From Stegostoma tigrinum (lineage: Eukaryota): 64,000 bases of DNA. Shown piece after piece: positions 23,008 through 37,000 of this stretch; the stretch's first letter is position 1; each line of letters begins with the position of its first letter. The stretch is from contig NC_081396.1 of assembly GCF_030684315.1 (NCBI RefSeq), forward strand, positions 4,092,001 through 4,156,000, written 5' to 3'. Made by a program: the position numbers and the translations under genes. Below the pieces are notes generated by a model that worked only from the letters and a program-made list of their open reading frames with translations, made no database searches and was not told where the DNA came from.

Positions 23008-23056
23008 TGGATAAGAAAATAAGAAACAAACTGAGAAAAATCGTCGACGTTGTCAA
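23008..23056 (-). pseudogene. IgH leader exon (start codon TTG, donor ATGAGT)
   Basis: TTG ACA ACG TCG ACG ATT TTT CTC AGT TTG TTT CTT ATT TTC TTA TCC A| = (M>L)TTSTIFLSLFLIFLS, a hydrophobic leader 127 bp upstream of the V acceptor. No ATG, and the donor reads ATGAGT instead of GTGAGT. Confidence 0.88.
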
Positions 23057-23059
23057 TCT

Positions 23060-23230
23060 GGTAGCTTAGGAGAAAATGCTCTGTGAAGAGCTTTCTAAAC
23101 AAACCCCAAATCGTGGAATTATGGTCCAGTGACCAGAATTTATCAGTCCATCAGATGGGGCAGGTTTACAGGTTCCGCCTTTTGGTTTCCAGCTGGATGC
23201 TGTGATTCGTTCACTGTACCACCTCCCACA
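23060..23230 (-). promoter_or_regulatory. Putative VH promoter: TATA-like GATAAAT (23144-23138), E-boxes (23152-23157, 23190-23195), no octamer
   Basis: Lies immediately 5' of the leader; motifs read directly from the sequence, function not demonstrated. Confidence 0.4.
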
Positions 23231-24768
23231 GCCCTCAAAGATGGTTTAATATATTTATATGAGGTTATTATTAAACGTGGAATGTTTCCGTCTTGGGATA
23301 TTTGTTTTGCCATACATCTTGATTGGACGTATTCCCATATTTTTTAGCAGTGGAAGTACGATTAAACAGCTTCAGGTCTGTTTCAGATGACAGTATTTAG
23401 TATTTAATTTGAGACAGTAAATATTTCAAATGGAAACTAAATCCCTTTATTTCTTGAAATTCATTAGCAAGCAGCTAAATCTGTGAGCATAATTAAATGT
23501 ATTATCAGCCAATAAAATTGCTGACACTTTTTGGAGACACTCCAAGTCTCTGTCACACAACAGAATAGGTCACATTTCATAACAGGCGTTTCTAAATTCA
23601 AGTTTGGAAACTTATTACGGACCATGCACAAAATTATCATGCTTAGAATATCTTGTCCGTGACGATACAGTTTGAGTCGAGAGATGCGAAGAAGCTCCTT
23701 TTCTTGAAGAATATCTCCCATTTAATCTCCTTCAAATTTGTCCGGCCAAACATTATCATTTGGAAATGCATAGCCAAGGAAAATTACGCAACTGATAAAT
23801 ACACAGTGAGTTTACAGTCAAACATAACAATCAGAAAGACGTTTGAAAGATAATCTTATGACTCAAAACAGACCAGTTGATAAATTAAGAACAAATCGCC
23901 ACAGCATACAAATAACTGCCAGCAACCGTGTGTACATCAAAAGTAGCGAGTCAGTTCGAGAGTAAACAATCATCAAAACTGATGCAGATCATAAACAGGT
24001 CATTTCTGAACTCATCGGTAGCTTCGACGGGTTCTGTTACAGACGTTGGCAAAAATTAAGTGTTACATTACACCAGTGCTAGTCAATGAAAAGCGCCCAC
24101 TCAATGTAAATGATCAGAGATTGTTACAAAAAGATATACCGGATCGAACCAACCAAGATTCCAAAATGTACTTTGAATTGATAACGAATGTCACTGCAAT
24201 GCGAGATTTGATCCATTGGGTTCACATTCTAGAGATTTAAAATAGTTAATGAATAACTTAACTGCCTCGAATGATCTTTGTTTGGAAGTAATAAAAAAAT
24301 CTGGCATACAGTACATTTCCAGTTTTCTCATGGACACCCAGTGAATGCTGTATTCAATGACTTTTTTCAAAGAAGACATGCCAAGGGACATGAGTTTTTT
24401 GTGTAAATGACAAATTATAGCGTGTATCGTGATGTTTTATCTTCGGTGATTCATATGGCTTTAATTTGCCAGGCACAATATCTGCAGAAAAAACAAACAT
24501 GGAATTCAAAGTGCCATTTAATAGAAGCATCTGCTGGTTCTACTGTAAACCAGAGATTTTTTTCGTCACTGCTTACTGCTTGGCGGAAAACCAGTTTCAA
24601 AACATACCACACACCTCTGCATAAACACATATACCCAGCAAAAATACGGGCTAAAAGTTCAGTTTTCAACTGTGTCACTTTCTCGTGACTGGAAATATTT
24701 GTGCATTCCCGACACTATAGAAAGATGCAAAATTAAGTGGAGGATCGCTTCAGGACATTATGATTTTA

Positions 24769-24983
24769 NNNNNNNNNNNNNNNNNNNNNNNNNNNNNNNN
24801 NNNNNNNNNNNNNNNNNNNNNNNNNNNNNNNNNNNNNNNNNNNNNNNNNNNNNNNNNNNNNNNNNNNNNNNNNNNNNNNNNNNNNNNNNNNNNNNNNNNN
24901 NNNNNNNNNNNNNNNNNNNNNNNNNNNNNNNNNNNNNNNNNNNNNNNNNNNNNNNNNNNNNNNNNNNNNNNNNNNNNNNNNNN
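24769..24983. other. Assembly gap (N run)
   Basis: Read directly from the sequence. Confidence 1.
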
Positions 24984-26450
24984 GCGTTGAAAAGCACATG
25001 AACAGACCATTTCGTGCAACCAATCCATGCTGACCATAATTCCAAGCTAAGCTGGAAGACTTCCATTCACTTGGCTGATATCCTTTAAAACATTCCTGTT
25101 TCAGATACTTGCACAAGTGACTTTTCAAAGTTACAACTCTCCCAGTATGCAACACTTCCTATAGATGTGCAATGCTCACACGAGCCATTTTCTGTGTGAT
25201 ATAGTGTTCTTTCAGGAGTTTTTGAAAAAAAAATGCTCCTTTCACTTGTACAATTAGCCCCAAGCCGTGTAATTTCAATGTCCCAGGCAAGGACGCCTGC
25301 CATTAACCTTATCTACAACCCTCAGGATTTTATGAATATTTTAAAAGATATTATTTAACCTCCTATGCTCTCATGGTAAAAGTCCCAGTTTATCCAGTCT
25401 CTACTTTTAACTAAAGCCCTCCAGTTCAAAATAAAATTCCTGGCAAATATTTTCTCAACCTTCTCCACTAAATAATATTAGATTAGATTACCTACAATGT
25501 GGAAACAGGCCCTTCAGCCGAACAAGTCCACACCACCCCTTGAAGAATCCCACCAACCTATCACCCACACACCCCTCAACACTGCAGGGAATTTAGTATG
25601 GCCAATCCACCTAGCCTGCAGATCTCTAGTTAAGGGAGGAAACAGGATCACCTGAAGGAAACCCACGCAGACATGGGGAGAATGCACAAACTCCACACAG
25701 ACAGTCACCCGAGGCTGGAATCAAACGCGGGCCCGTGGGCACTAAGAGGCTGCAGTGCTAACCACTGAACCACTATGTCACCATCTTTTTTCTATAACAA
25801 GGTGACCATAACCGGACACATTATGCCAGAAGAGGCTTCGACAAAGCCCTGTACAACCTTCACATTACTGTGTTTCTCCCATACTCAAAACTACTGAACA
25901 ATGAAGACAAGCCTGCTACATACCTTCTTAACCATCCTCTGATGCAAACATCAATGTATTATGATTCAACACCACTAGCTCTCGTTGTAATATTGAGCTG
26001 CATTTTCACTTACGCCATTGACCTTCTTGACCAAGATCTCTTTGAAATTTGAAATAACGCACTTCAATGTTCACTAAATCAGCAATTTTGATTATCAAAT
26101 ACCTGCATGGTAAATATGCCTTCTAGTTTATGACTGAAATCTTTCACATAAACTGTAAGTAAAAGTGCACCCAGCACTGAACCATGTGGAACATAAATAG
26201 TAACAAGCAACCTGTCCAAAAAAACGAAAGCCCCACCATCACTGTCTGTCACTTGCCATTTAGCCAAATGTGCATGCAATTGTCAAGTTCACCCCGAATA
26301 CCATGTGATCTAGATTGAAGAATAGAAATAGAGAGAGACAAAAAAGAATGAGTGGATGCATCAACGGCCAGATGGAAAGTCGAATGGACTTCTGGCTTTA
26401 TCAGAAAATGACATGGTCTTCCAAATACTAAATTTTGTTTGCCAACTTCT
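24984..26450 (-). mobile_element. Decayed CR1 fragments, interrupted by a SINE
   Basis: VPHGSVLGALLLTVYVKD (RT PQGSVLGP block) and CR1 3' region. Confidence 0.7.
25477..25782 (-). mobile_element. HE1/V-SINE, full length
   Basis: tRNA-like head (ggtgacatagtggttcagtggttagcactgc...tttgattcc), V-domain (tctgtgtggagtttg..cattctcccc.tgtctgcgtgggtttcc), CR1-like tail ending in (TAATC)n. Confidence 0.88.
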
Positions 26451-28911
26451 TTCCTCAAGGCAGGACAATTGTTCAAAATGTCTCATACTATTAACTTTTG
26501 TTCTTCCCCAGTCTCGTTAAAAATATAATTCCACATGTATCCCGAAATGACAAAAAGACCTTGAGCAATAGCAACTTGAATATACACCTATTGTACTTAT
26601 GATTGTTGTCTGCTGATTGTAAATCTTCATCTCAAAGATAAAGAACGGGGATTTGCCTGGATTCAGAGAAATCATATTAATATTTCGAATATGTGGCTTC
26701 GTTACAGGACAATCAACATATCTTCATCGAATTTACTTCAAACACAGAAACAATAGATGTCTATTATACCGTGCTATGAAACTGCGATTTGCGAGCAATG
26801 AAATTGCCCCTTTTCATACAGTTGCCCCTCTGATTGGAGATTTGCTGACCGTAGTGAGACTGGTATATTGATGGGGAATGCCTCCAACAATACACCAACA
26901 AGTGAATATTGATGAAAAGCCTGGTGGGCAGCTTTCTGTTATATTTTCATTTTGAAATTTTTCATCGTAAAGAAAAAGAAACAATGATCATTAGTCAGTA
27001 ATTCCTGAAGTATTTTAGGCAATAGCTGAAGAAATAGTCAATATCAATTGCTCCTCCTCACTTTAAAAGACTCCCTCCCATACCCTGAGATTGTCAAACC
27101 AATTTGTGCACAGTTTCAATTTGCCTTCAAAAAGCAACTATTTGCTGTGATTGTTTCAGCATCAATGAACACAAGGAGGTAAATATGAGCAAAAATGCAA
27201 TTCTCGTCCATCAATATTTCACAGACCACCATATTACAAAGCATGTGTCGTTTCTTAAAACTTTCACAATCTGACGCATCAATACGAAATTAAAATTTCC
27301 TAATCATGAAACTTTTCAGTACATTCAGTGTTCCATAATTCTCTATTTTCTAAAACCATTGGTTTCTGGTAACTGATTGGTGTCTCCTGTTCCATTAATG
27401 ATTGCGAACTTTGCAATCACTTTACATTAGTTGATGAATTGCCATTTATGTTTGATCTCCAATCAGTGCAACGATAAAAAAAAATTCCAAGAGGAAAAAA
27501 CCAGCGGGTCCATAATTCCGTTGAATTACAATATATTTAGAAGTGAGGCCTGTGATATGCTTTGCTTTTTTTAGTGGAATTGGCTTCAAGGCCACGTTCA
27601 CCATCAGTGCCTGTAGAAACAGAGCAACATAGAATATTGGAGCAAGAGAAATTCATTCTACTGTGAGCCTTCTAATAATTCATCACGATCATGATTAGTC
27701 ATCTAACCATGCTTTCGCCCCATCGTCTTTGATCCCAGTCGCCCCAGGTGATACATATAGCCACTTCTTGAATGTGTTCAGTCTTTTGCAATCAGCTCTT
27801 TCGTGATTTGATGAATTCCGAAGACTCACTACTCTTTGAGTGCACAAATGACTTCTCCGCTCAGTCGTCTATGCTCTGCCCCCAATTCTTGACTGTTACC
27901 CCTGGTTCTGGACACATCTACCATTGGAACGTCCTTCCAGTCGTTACATGAATGTTGTACAAGGGTGGTCATGAGGCGATGAACGGCCAATCTGTGTTGC
28001 CAATGCATCCGCGAGTTACTGTTGATTCATTGAATGTGTAGGTTTCATTTTAGTTATGTCTTCTTGATGTGCATATGCACTGACAGTAATTATCTGAAAT
28101 TCCAACGGTGGCTCCATTCCCTGAAGTTCCCTGCAGTGTTAAAATTAAGATCCTTCTGCCATCTCAGTTTTGCATCAAGGATCCTGCTGTGCTATTTCAA
28201 AGAACTGAAAGGGAAGTGCCCCTATTTTATTAGCCAATTTTATATTGTTTCAGCCACAATCACAAAAATAGATGATCGTGTCATGACAACATAACTTCTT
28301 TTTTGTAGCTCCTTGGGTAATCATTGCCGGCTGAAATACCTACAATACCATACCCAATACAATTTGCAGATGCCTCTCTTGCTCATAAGCACACGGCGAC
28401 TCCAGCTAACCATCCCTCAACTAACGAATTTGCTTTGGTCTTCGAGAAAACTACATTGCCAACAATAATTATGTGAGTGGCACGGTGCCTTTAATGTGAG
28501 CATTAGTTACCATGTCAGGTCACTTTGACAAGTAAGCCTGGGATAGTTCTAATCACTGGAGAAACAAACGATAGAAACGGGCCATTCACCTTCCTAGGGT
28601 GCGGCAACTGTTTACAACGACTGTTTAGTTCATCACAAGCAATGGTAGCATTCACATTTTCTCCAGAAGCCAGCATTTACAACATGGGAGATCATATCTG
28701 TGTTCAAAATTGGAGTATATCCGATACACTTTCTCTGACTGCACTGTTGGCCATTACCTGTTCCCTGGTTTAATCATACTTTATTATAAATACTCAAGAA
28801 CAACAAATCAGTTCCATAGATCCTGACGAAGTGTTAATCAATGAGCTATCAATCAGTGTTCACGAAGACAAGGAAAAATGTGGCAAGTGAAATCAATTAG
28901 GACATCAGCAC

Positions 28912-29057
28912 NNNNNNNNNNNNNNNNNNNNNNNNNNNNNNNNNNNNNNNNNNNNNNNNNNNNNNNNNNNNNNNNNNNNNNNNNNNNNNNNNNNNNNNNN
29001 NNNNNNNNNNNNNNNNNNNNNNNNNNNNNNNNNNNNNNNNNNNNNNNNNNNNNNNNN
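28912..29057. other. Assembly gap (N run)
   Basis: Read directly from the sequence. Confidence 1.
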
Positions 29058-31267
29058 TTACAGACAGAACGTACGTATTTTGTAGTGAGTTCAGTACGAT
29101 CGTGCTATGACTGGGTAACAAAAAATCTGGAAAAAAAAGCAACAGTAAGGAAATTTTAGTTTGGCTGGATTTATTCATTGTGGAACACGCGAATTTGAGA
29201 ATTTTTTTTCCGGTGAAGTACACAATGTAATGCTGGATAAATTAGGTGAAAAAAAGCTTCTTTAACGTTGGGGGATGCTCTGTAAGTAAAGTATTCAGAT
29301 ATAAGTGATCGGCAGCAAAGTGACAGGGAAGATTCAGGTAGCACAGTTCATAAAAGGATAGTGAAGGCAGGAACAGCAAACACATTTAAAAAGTGTTTGG
29401 AGATGTACTCCAAGTGCTATAACCTTCACTGTTACAGTCAATATGCTCTACAGTAAGCCTAGGCTGGAAGGTTCTGTTTTCAGGTGGTACAGTCCCAATG
29501 GGGTATGTAATTGTTTCTGTGGTGAAAAATCTTCAATAACTCAAAATACATGCTTGTCAAATTCAGAGGCTTTAAATTGGAAATGTCCCAAACTTTTGTC
29601 TCAATCATGTCAAATTTCAATAATCTTACACTCTCTCTGTTCAGGTAAGTAATGATCTATTGTTCCTCAAATGACGTTTTGGGCAACGTCTCTTTATTTG
29701 GCCAAGGTCAGCAAAATGAATTAACAATTTTAAAGGCATTAAACTTATTTTGATACAAATAGGCTAGCTTCATCTGCAGTAGACTGAACTTTCCAAACAT
29801 TACAGAGAAGATAAATGAGTCCTCACGTCATTAGGAATGACTTTTTTTCGAAACATTGTAGATGGATTGCTCAAAGCAGTTCGTGTGAGCAAAATTGTTT
29901 GGTGCTCTTTGTGGATTACTGCACTAAATGTTGCTTCAACCTGATTAATATGGTCCAAATGCACTTCAAAATGCCTTTGATCACATCCTTCATAAGAGAT
30001 AGTACAGCAAATTTAAGAAGTCATGGACCAAAAATGGCAGTTGTTCTTTGAACTCAAGGAAGGTCCATAATGGTATTCTGCAGGTATCAATGCTTCGACC
30101 TCTGATAGATTTCATTTATGTTTTTGACAACGACATTGGCATACCTCACAATTTGTTGCAACGAGAAACTGGTAACTATTCTGAACCAAAGGAAGATGTT
30201 TCAGAATTTCTTTAGAATCCAGTGACATTTGTGGAATTGGCCTCGGAATGATACATGAAATTTAGCCCAGAGCATTTGAGATGATTAACTTATGGCGGAA
30301 AGTGTAGAGATATAATAGAAGATTGTGTAGAACATGTCATGTCTCGTAGAAGCAAGAAAGGTATTTGAAACCTATATAATACACAGATTAGGTGTCACTT
30401 GGAGTGTATCTTCAGCTTTGGGCATCAATTGAAGACCTGTTATAAAGCGTACCTTCAAGGATCAAGAATGTGCATTCAGCCAAAGGACTTTCATTGAATA
30501 CCACGTTGTAGAAGTTGTGCAGCTTTGTTTGTTGGAGAAATGCATGACAGGTGATTGCTATATGTGTCCAAAATAATAAGGGGCTTGCGTGGATAAATAA
30601 GAGGACCAATGGAGGCATGAAGAAGCCAAACTTCATAACACAGTACATAGTTATGTTCTGGAAAGCAATCATTGAGAATATAGCACTGGCAGCAAGCACT
30701 GCATATTTCGAGAAGGGATCCAATCCAACATCTAAAACAAAAACAATCAAAGAAATTGACTTTTCGGAGGAGTAAATTAGACAAGAAGGGCCGAATGGCT
30801 CATAATGTGTTGCAAACACTCTCTAATACTATTCATCATACGCAAATGCCACACGGCGTAACTGACGTGGATTTTTTTTTCACAACATTGACAGCAACTA
30901 TGCCTTCCACTAAATCCACTAAATCTTGTCAATGATCATCCTAAAGCGGGTCATTTCTTACTTGTTTCTGTTATATGCTCAATATCAGTGCATACAGCAT
31001 TGAATCAAAAACCTCTTCACATTTGATTTGGTATTCTTGTGTACGACTATGCTGAATTATGTCATGGATAATATGACACTATGACTTTACAATAAGTAAA
31101 TCTAAATCACCCTCTGTGTTTTCTATGCAACACCTATCACGTTCTGTTACAACAGGCTCTATTTCCATTATTGTTCTTAACGCCTGTTATCGGCAGTTTT
31201 TATATTAACTGTATGATCGATTTAGTTCTGATACAAGTAATCAAAATGTCAACTAAACGTATTCCAT

Positions 31268-33335
31268 GATAACAAGGTGTGGAGCTGGATGAAAACAGCA
31301 GGCCAAAAAGCACCTTAGGAGCACAAAAGCTGACGCTTCAGGCCCAGATCCTTCATCAGAAAAGGAGGAGGGGAAAGAAGGTTGAAATAAATAGGGGCAG
31401 AGGGGGAGTCGGATCGAAGATGGATAGAGCAGTGGATAAGTGGAGAAGAGACAGACAAGTTAAAGGGCGGGGCGTGGGGGGAATGGAGCCTGTAGAGGTG
31501 ATGGTAAGTGGAGAGGTCGGGAGGGGGTAGGTCAGTCCAGGGAGCACTGACTGGTCCAGTAGGCGGGATGAGATTAGTAGATAGGAAATTGAGTTGTGGC
31601 TTGAAGTGGGAGGAGGGATAGGTGAGTGGAAGAAATGGTTAGGGAGGCAGGGACGATCTCGGCTGGTTTGGGGATGACGCAGGGGCAGGGGAGATTTTGA
31701 AGCTTGCGAAATCCACATTGATGCCATTGGGGTGCAGGTTCCCAAGCGGAATATAGGTTGCTGTTCCTGCAAGCTTCCGGTGGCATCCTTGAGGCATTGC
31801 AGGAGGCCCAGGATGGGCAAGTCATCTGAGGAATGGAAGTGTCAGTTGAAATGGTTCTTGACAGGGACATGCAGTTATTTATTGCAAATCGAGAGTTGGT
31901 GTTCTGCAAAGTGGACCTCAAGCCTCTGTTTGGTTTCCTCGATGAAGAGAAGGCCACAACGGGTACAGTGGATGCAGCATACCACATTGGCAGTTGTGCA
32001 GGTGAACATCTGCTTGATGTGGAAAGTCTTCTTGGCTCTTGGGATGGGGGTGAGGGAGGAGGTGTGGGGCCAAATGTAGCAATTCCTGCAGTTGCAGGGG
32101 AACGTGCTGGGTGTGCTGGGGTTGGAGGGGAGGGTGGGACGGTCAAGGAACTCACGAAAAGAGTTGACCTTCCAGAAAACAGACAACGGTGAGGATGGAA
32201 AGATGTCTTTGGTGGTGGGATCTGATTGTCGATGGCAGAAGTGTGGGAGCATGATGCGTTAGATCCAGAGGTTGGTGGTGTGGTATGTGAGAACGACGGG
32301 AATATTCTTTTGGCGGTTTTTGTGGGCTGGGGTGAGAGGGATGATTTGCAGGAAATGCGTGAGACACGGTCAAAGGCATTCTCGACCACTGCAAGGAGAA
32401 GTTGCGGTCCTTGAAGAACGAGCACATCTGTGATGTACAGGAGTGGAATGCCTCATCCCGGAGGCAGATGCAGCGCAGGTTAAGAAATCGGGAATAGGTG
32501 ATGGAATTTTTGCAGGAACGTGGGACGAGCAGTATTCTATGTAGCTGTGGGAGTTGGTGTGCTTGAAATGGATATCGTTTTCTCAGTGGTTGTCTGAGAT
32601 GGAGACAGAGAGGTCTACGAATGTGAGTGATGTTTTGGACATGTTCCAGGTGAACTTGAAGTTGGGGTGGAAGCTGTTGGCGAAGTGGATGAACTCTTCG
32701 AGCTCCTCTGGTGAGCACGAGGCAGCGCTAATACAGTCATCAATGTAGCGGAGGAAGAAGTGGGGTTTGGGGCCAGTGTAGATACGGAAGAGGGACTGTT
32801 CGACGTAACCTACAAAGAGGCAGGCATAGCTTGGGCCCACGCGGGTACCGATGGCCACCCCTTTCATCTGTAGGAAGTGGAAGGAATCGAAAGAGATGTT
32901 GTTGAAGTTGAGGACGAGTTTGGCTAGGCAGATGATTGTGCCAGTGTTGGGGGACTGGTCGGGCCTGCAGGACAGGAGGAAATGGAGGGCTTTTAGGCCA
33001 TCTGCATGGGGACTGTAGGTTTATGGGGACTGGATGTCCATGTTGAAAATGAGGTGTGGGGACCGGGGAAATTGAAGTTCTGGAGGAAGTGAAAGACGTG
33101 GGTTGTGACACAGATGTAGATACGGAGTTCCGGTACCAAGGGGGACAAAATGGAGCCAGGGTAGATGGAGATGAGTTTGGTGGGGCAGGAACAGGCAGAG
33201 ACAATGGGTCCACCAGGGCAGGCGGGCTTGTGGATTTTGGGAAGGAGATAGAAGTAGGTGGCGTGGGTCTGGGGAACAATGACATTGGATGTTGTGTGTG
33301 GGTGGCCTCCTGAGGTACTGAGGTTGTGACTTAGA
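31268..33335 (-). mobile_element. Older Penelope-like element, ~2 kb (RT + GIY-YIG, frameshifted)
   Basis: FYLLPKIHK, KGVAIGTRVGPSYACLFVGYVEQ, FFLRYIDD, VVCCIHCTRCGLLFIEET; same 3' pLTR as the intronic copies. Confidence 0.92.
31330..31361 (-). ncRNA. Degenerate hammerhead motif (GAAA>GAAG)
   Basis: ttCTGATGAaggatctgggcctGAAGcgtcag; a core adenine is mutated, so it is probably inactive. Confidence 0.55.
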
Positions 33336-33829
33336 ATTAGAAGCATTAGAATCACGAGATTCAAAACAAGCAGCTCACCATCACCTTCTCAAGTGCAACT
33401 AATGACAGGCAGTAATGTTGGCGAGACAGAGATGGCCGTTTCCAAAAAGGAAAAAAAATATAAAATAACGAGCACAGGACACAGGAACCAAAAAAATCAT
33501 CAGTGCTTTCTGGTTCTCATCAACAGCTTGTAATTTTTTCTCGACAATCAAGGGCCAAGCAGGTGTGTCGGAAAAATTAGTGTTTGCATATTATACTAGA
33601 AGCAACTTAAAAATAAAAATAAACACGAGACGAGGGCAGAAGAAAGAGTTGGTATCACAGAAAAGTAGCATTTGAAATTTTGTTCAAAGTAGGACTTATT
33701 AAGCAGTCGTGGTTTCTGAAAGAAATCAGAAAATAAGCAACCGTTACAACAAGCTCTTTCAAAGAGAGAGGATTTCAAATTATGAAATTAAAATAGAGTA
33801 GTATCCTAAGGAAGTGGAATCCACTGCGA

Positions 33830-34077
33830 CTGTGGAAATGGCGCCCCACCCTGACACTTCCAATAGCTAACATAGATAACCTGCACACCCCTGGACACTA
33901 TGGGTAATTTCGCATGGCTGATCGACCAACTTGCATATCTTTGGGCTGTGGAATGAAATTGGAGCAGCTGCCAGAAATAGCGAAAACGTGTCGACTCCAT
34001 GCTGTCAGTCGCCAGAAGATGGAACCAAATGTGAGGCCTTAGCATGGCTGGCAGTGCTAATCACTGAACCACTGACC
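33830..34077 (-). mobile_element. Degenerate HE1/V-SINE
   Basis: ctgcacacccctggacactatgggtaattt...gcagtgctaatcactgaaccactg is homologous to 25570-25775. Confidence 0.7.
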
Positions 34078-37000
34078 CTCATCTGTGGCTTATGTTTGAA
34101 TCTGATGATGGTCAGGGTCGCTGCAGAAAATGGGTTCCTTCTATATATTACTTCTGTTGTCTGACACAACACCACAGCTATCTGTCGAAAAGAATGCATT
34201 TTTGTCATTGTCTATTTTAGTAAAATATCAGGAAGAGATCAAACAGAATGTATCGGGGATTGGGACATTATGGATACAGAATCTAAAACGATTAAAATAA
34301 TATTAGATTGAAATAAAGAGAGTAACAATAGTACAAAGACCAAAGCATCAAAGGCGCAATCTATATGTTCCAGAACTTAGAGAACCGAATGAGTTTAATA
34401 CGTTGCCCAGAGACTCGTCCAACACCGTCCTGGAATCGACCTTTAAACAGACCACAAGAAGTCAACTTGTACAATTGAATTCCATGTGATCGATGACTGC
34501 TCACGACCTTTCTGTCCAAATGCAGGCCAGCTCGTCAGACGTTTCCTCCAGTTTATTCTCTAGATTTATTTTATGTTCAAAAGTGACATGTGTAGCTTGC
34601 CAGAGGCACAGAGAAACAGACAGTTGTGTGACAGATGAGAATGATACAACAGAAGCATAACAAAAGTCTTCCTGCTTGTGAGGGTCAAAGCACACGGTCA
34701 GTCTCAGGAACAAACTTGATGATTGCTGTTGGTCTTAACACTGTTTTCAATTCCAGTCCCTTTGTGTTTTTTTTAAGAATACAACATAAAAGAAAGAAGA
34801 GTCTTAAAACGACACTATGTTAACTGCAAGAGAGGAAAAAGTAAAACTTTTATCACTGAAAAAGGAGCCTAAAAGATAATAAGTAGTTTCGTTTTCAACT
34901 TTTTGATTAAAACAGAAAACTTTATTTCAGTTTCGCGCTATCCCAGGTAAAAAGAAAGGAGAGCTTGCATCAGTGAACAGGTCTTTCTGCCGTTGAAATT
35001 TCCTCTGGTAATAATTTGGCGTTCGATTCTTTCCACTCGTAGCAGATTTCATGAAGAAATGAGCTTTATTTTTGCTTGTTTTTGCATTTTCAGACATAGA
35101 TCTTATCTATTTCAAGAGAGAAGTAGATAGATTTCTGATACAAGAAGGAAAGGTTTCCTGGATCTGATGCCATGCGATAAGATTTCAATAATTTGCTACT
35201 GAATCATTTAATTGCTACCTAAGATAGCAGCGGACATATCACAAACTTTTTACTTGATCTGAGATTAGAAGGAATGAGCTTAAGTCGAGTGTTATTAAAT
35301 GAGATGACGTTAACTGTGATTTCACGAGAGCAGAACGAATTACAGTGAGCCTGTCAATCATTTAAGAGAATAATGAACAATGGTGCAATAACAGAAATTT
35401 AAGGAGCTATTTCAGATTATAGCTCACAGATAATTTCCGTAAAATGAGGAAACAAAAAAAAGTGAAAGTGGCACAATCGATGATTAGAAATTTAGCAACA
35501 ACACCCAACTCAAATATTAATGTTATTGCAGCCATGAAAAGTCAGACGATTGGGCAGAATACGTGCAAGTTCGAGATTAAATGTTAAACAATGATGAACA
35601 CATCAGAGAAAGAATGAAACTTATCTAAGAAGATTAAACAGACAGAGGTCATGTTCATTTACTTCAAAGCTATAGTTAGTGAAACTGATAACAATGAGAA
35701 GATGGACAATTAATTGAGGATACTTTACTATAGCCCTTTCTGCAGACTTTATCAGCAACACACATGAGAATAACTGGTAAATGAGGAAAACGAAAATAAA
35801 GTTAACATAGCAATAAAAGTACAACTTTTCATAAAGTGTTCCTGAGCAATTAGTTGGAGTTCTTTGTTACATCACCTCTATACTGATATATTAATAGAAG
35901 TGAGTCGATAAATATTTCATTGGCTAGTTTTAATTATCCAGAATTCCCGAGATTGAGGAAATGTTTCAGCAGATTGTATCGTTGTTAATTGAAGTAATTT
36001 ATTAAACAGGGGCGTTACAGAAAGCAGAAAACTGCTTGCCAGTTAACGTATCGTCTGCCTGAAGGAATATGCTCGGACTTATTAAGGAACTACTACCAGA
36101 GAGCTTCAAAACTATCAGGTGGAATCCATATTACTTTAGAATGGGAAAAAAAAACATGCCTGCAGTTCATTGTAGAATTTTGCCAAATAAACTTGTACAT
36201 TTTCTAAAACAGCAGCAGCACTTAGATAACCAGAAATAATAGAAGCCTCGGAAAAGAGAGACGTGGAGAAGATTATTTAGATCACTGAGAATGTTGTGTA
36301 ATTCAATACGATCATCACTGATCAAAGTCTGGTACATTTTTTGTGGCAATCCCTCTCTGATAAGAATGTCTTTACTGAAATAAAGTGACCACGGCTGCAA
36401 ACTGTGCATCAGGTACAGAATAAGCAAGCCGTTATACATTTTTTAAAGAAAAAAAGCTTCATCGCGCCTATATTCAAAACGCCTTGTAAACATGGTTAAC
36501 ATTCCATCAGTATTCCGAAAGTACAATGAATAAAGTGTCGCATCAAAGTTTTTTTTTTTGCAGGATGTAAATGTTCAGAGTGAAGTGGTACTAAATTGGA
36601 ACAGATCGACTATGGCTAGCTTACCTAGTCTAAAGAACAAACATAACTTGGTGCTTTTCTGATTGGCAAGGTTTCAATGAGCCATATGACCAGTGGTGCA
36701 TCCTCAAGACTGTACTGCTTTAAGAGACCTGACTGAAGTGTCGAAAAGAGTGGTTGATAGTATGTTGAAAACACATTGATATGTAGGATTGTTCAGTGTG
36801 AATATAACACAAGGAAGTTACAAATAGATAGATAACGGTGAAGTGAGTGGTAAATTTGTACCAATCGGAGAATCATGTCTAAATTCTGAATATGTCTATT
36901 ATTTCAGGAACTGTAAAGTAGAAACAATGAGGCAGAGACAGTAGAATTTCCTTGTGCATGGAATTACGATGGTAGAAGTTCAGCAAAGATTTATTAAACT

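Larger units (their letters stand above)
2637..23056 (-). pseudogene. IGHM: Shark IgM heavy-chain minilocus (L-VD..DJ-CH1-CH2-CH3-CH4-secretory tail), partly germline-joined, inactivated
   Basis: Ordered Ig V, J and four C1-set exons on the minus strand with phase-1 splice sites and a mu-type tail ([17 protein letters not shown]). Lesions: TTG start, AT donor, TGA 22728-22726, TAG 3499-3497, tail frameshift. Confidence 0.94.

Noticed and set aside
23802-23830. CACAGTG upstream of V as a cryptic RSS
   Set aside because: Best nonamer match is 5/9 and there is no adjacent coding segment.
25700-25782. tRNA gene
   Set aside because: tRNA-derived SINE head continuous with the V-domain and LINE-like tail; no full cloverleaf.
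10269-29223. ORFs containing X runs
   Set aside because: Artefacts of the three N gaps.
30412-30819. 135-aa hydrophobic ORF as a membrane protein
   Set aside because: Antisense to a decayed CR1 3' region; no splice structure.
34501-34713. ORF FSSVTQLSVSLCLWQ followed by frameshifted YTCH, resembling the end of an Ig C domain
   Set aside because: No correctly spaced first Cys and Trp, no donor site, and two indels are needed; likely coincidence.
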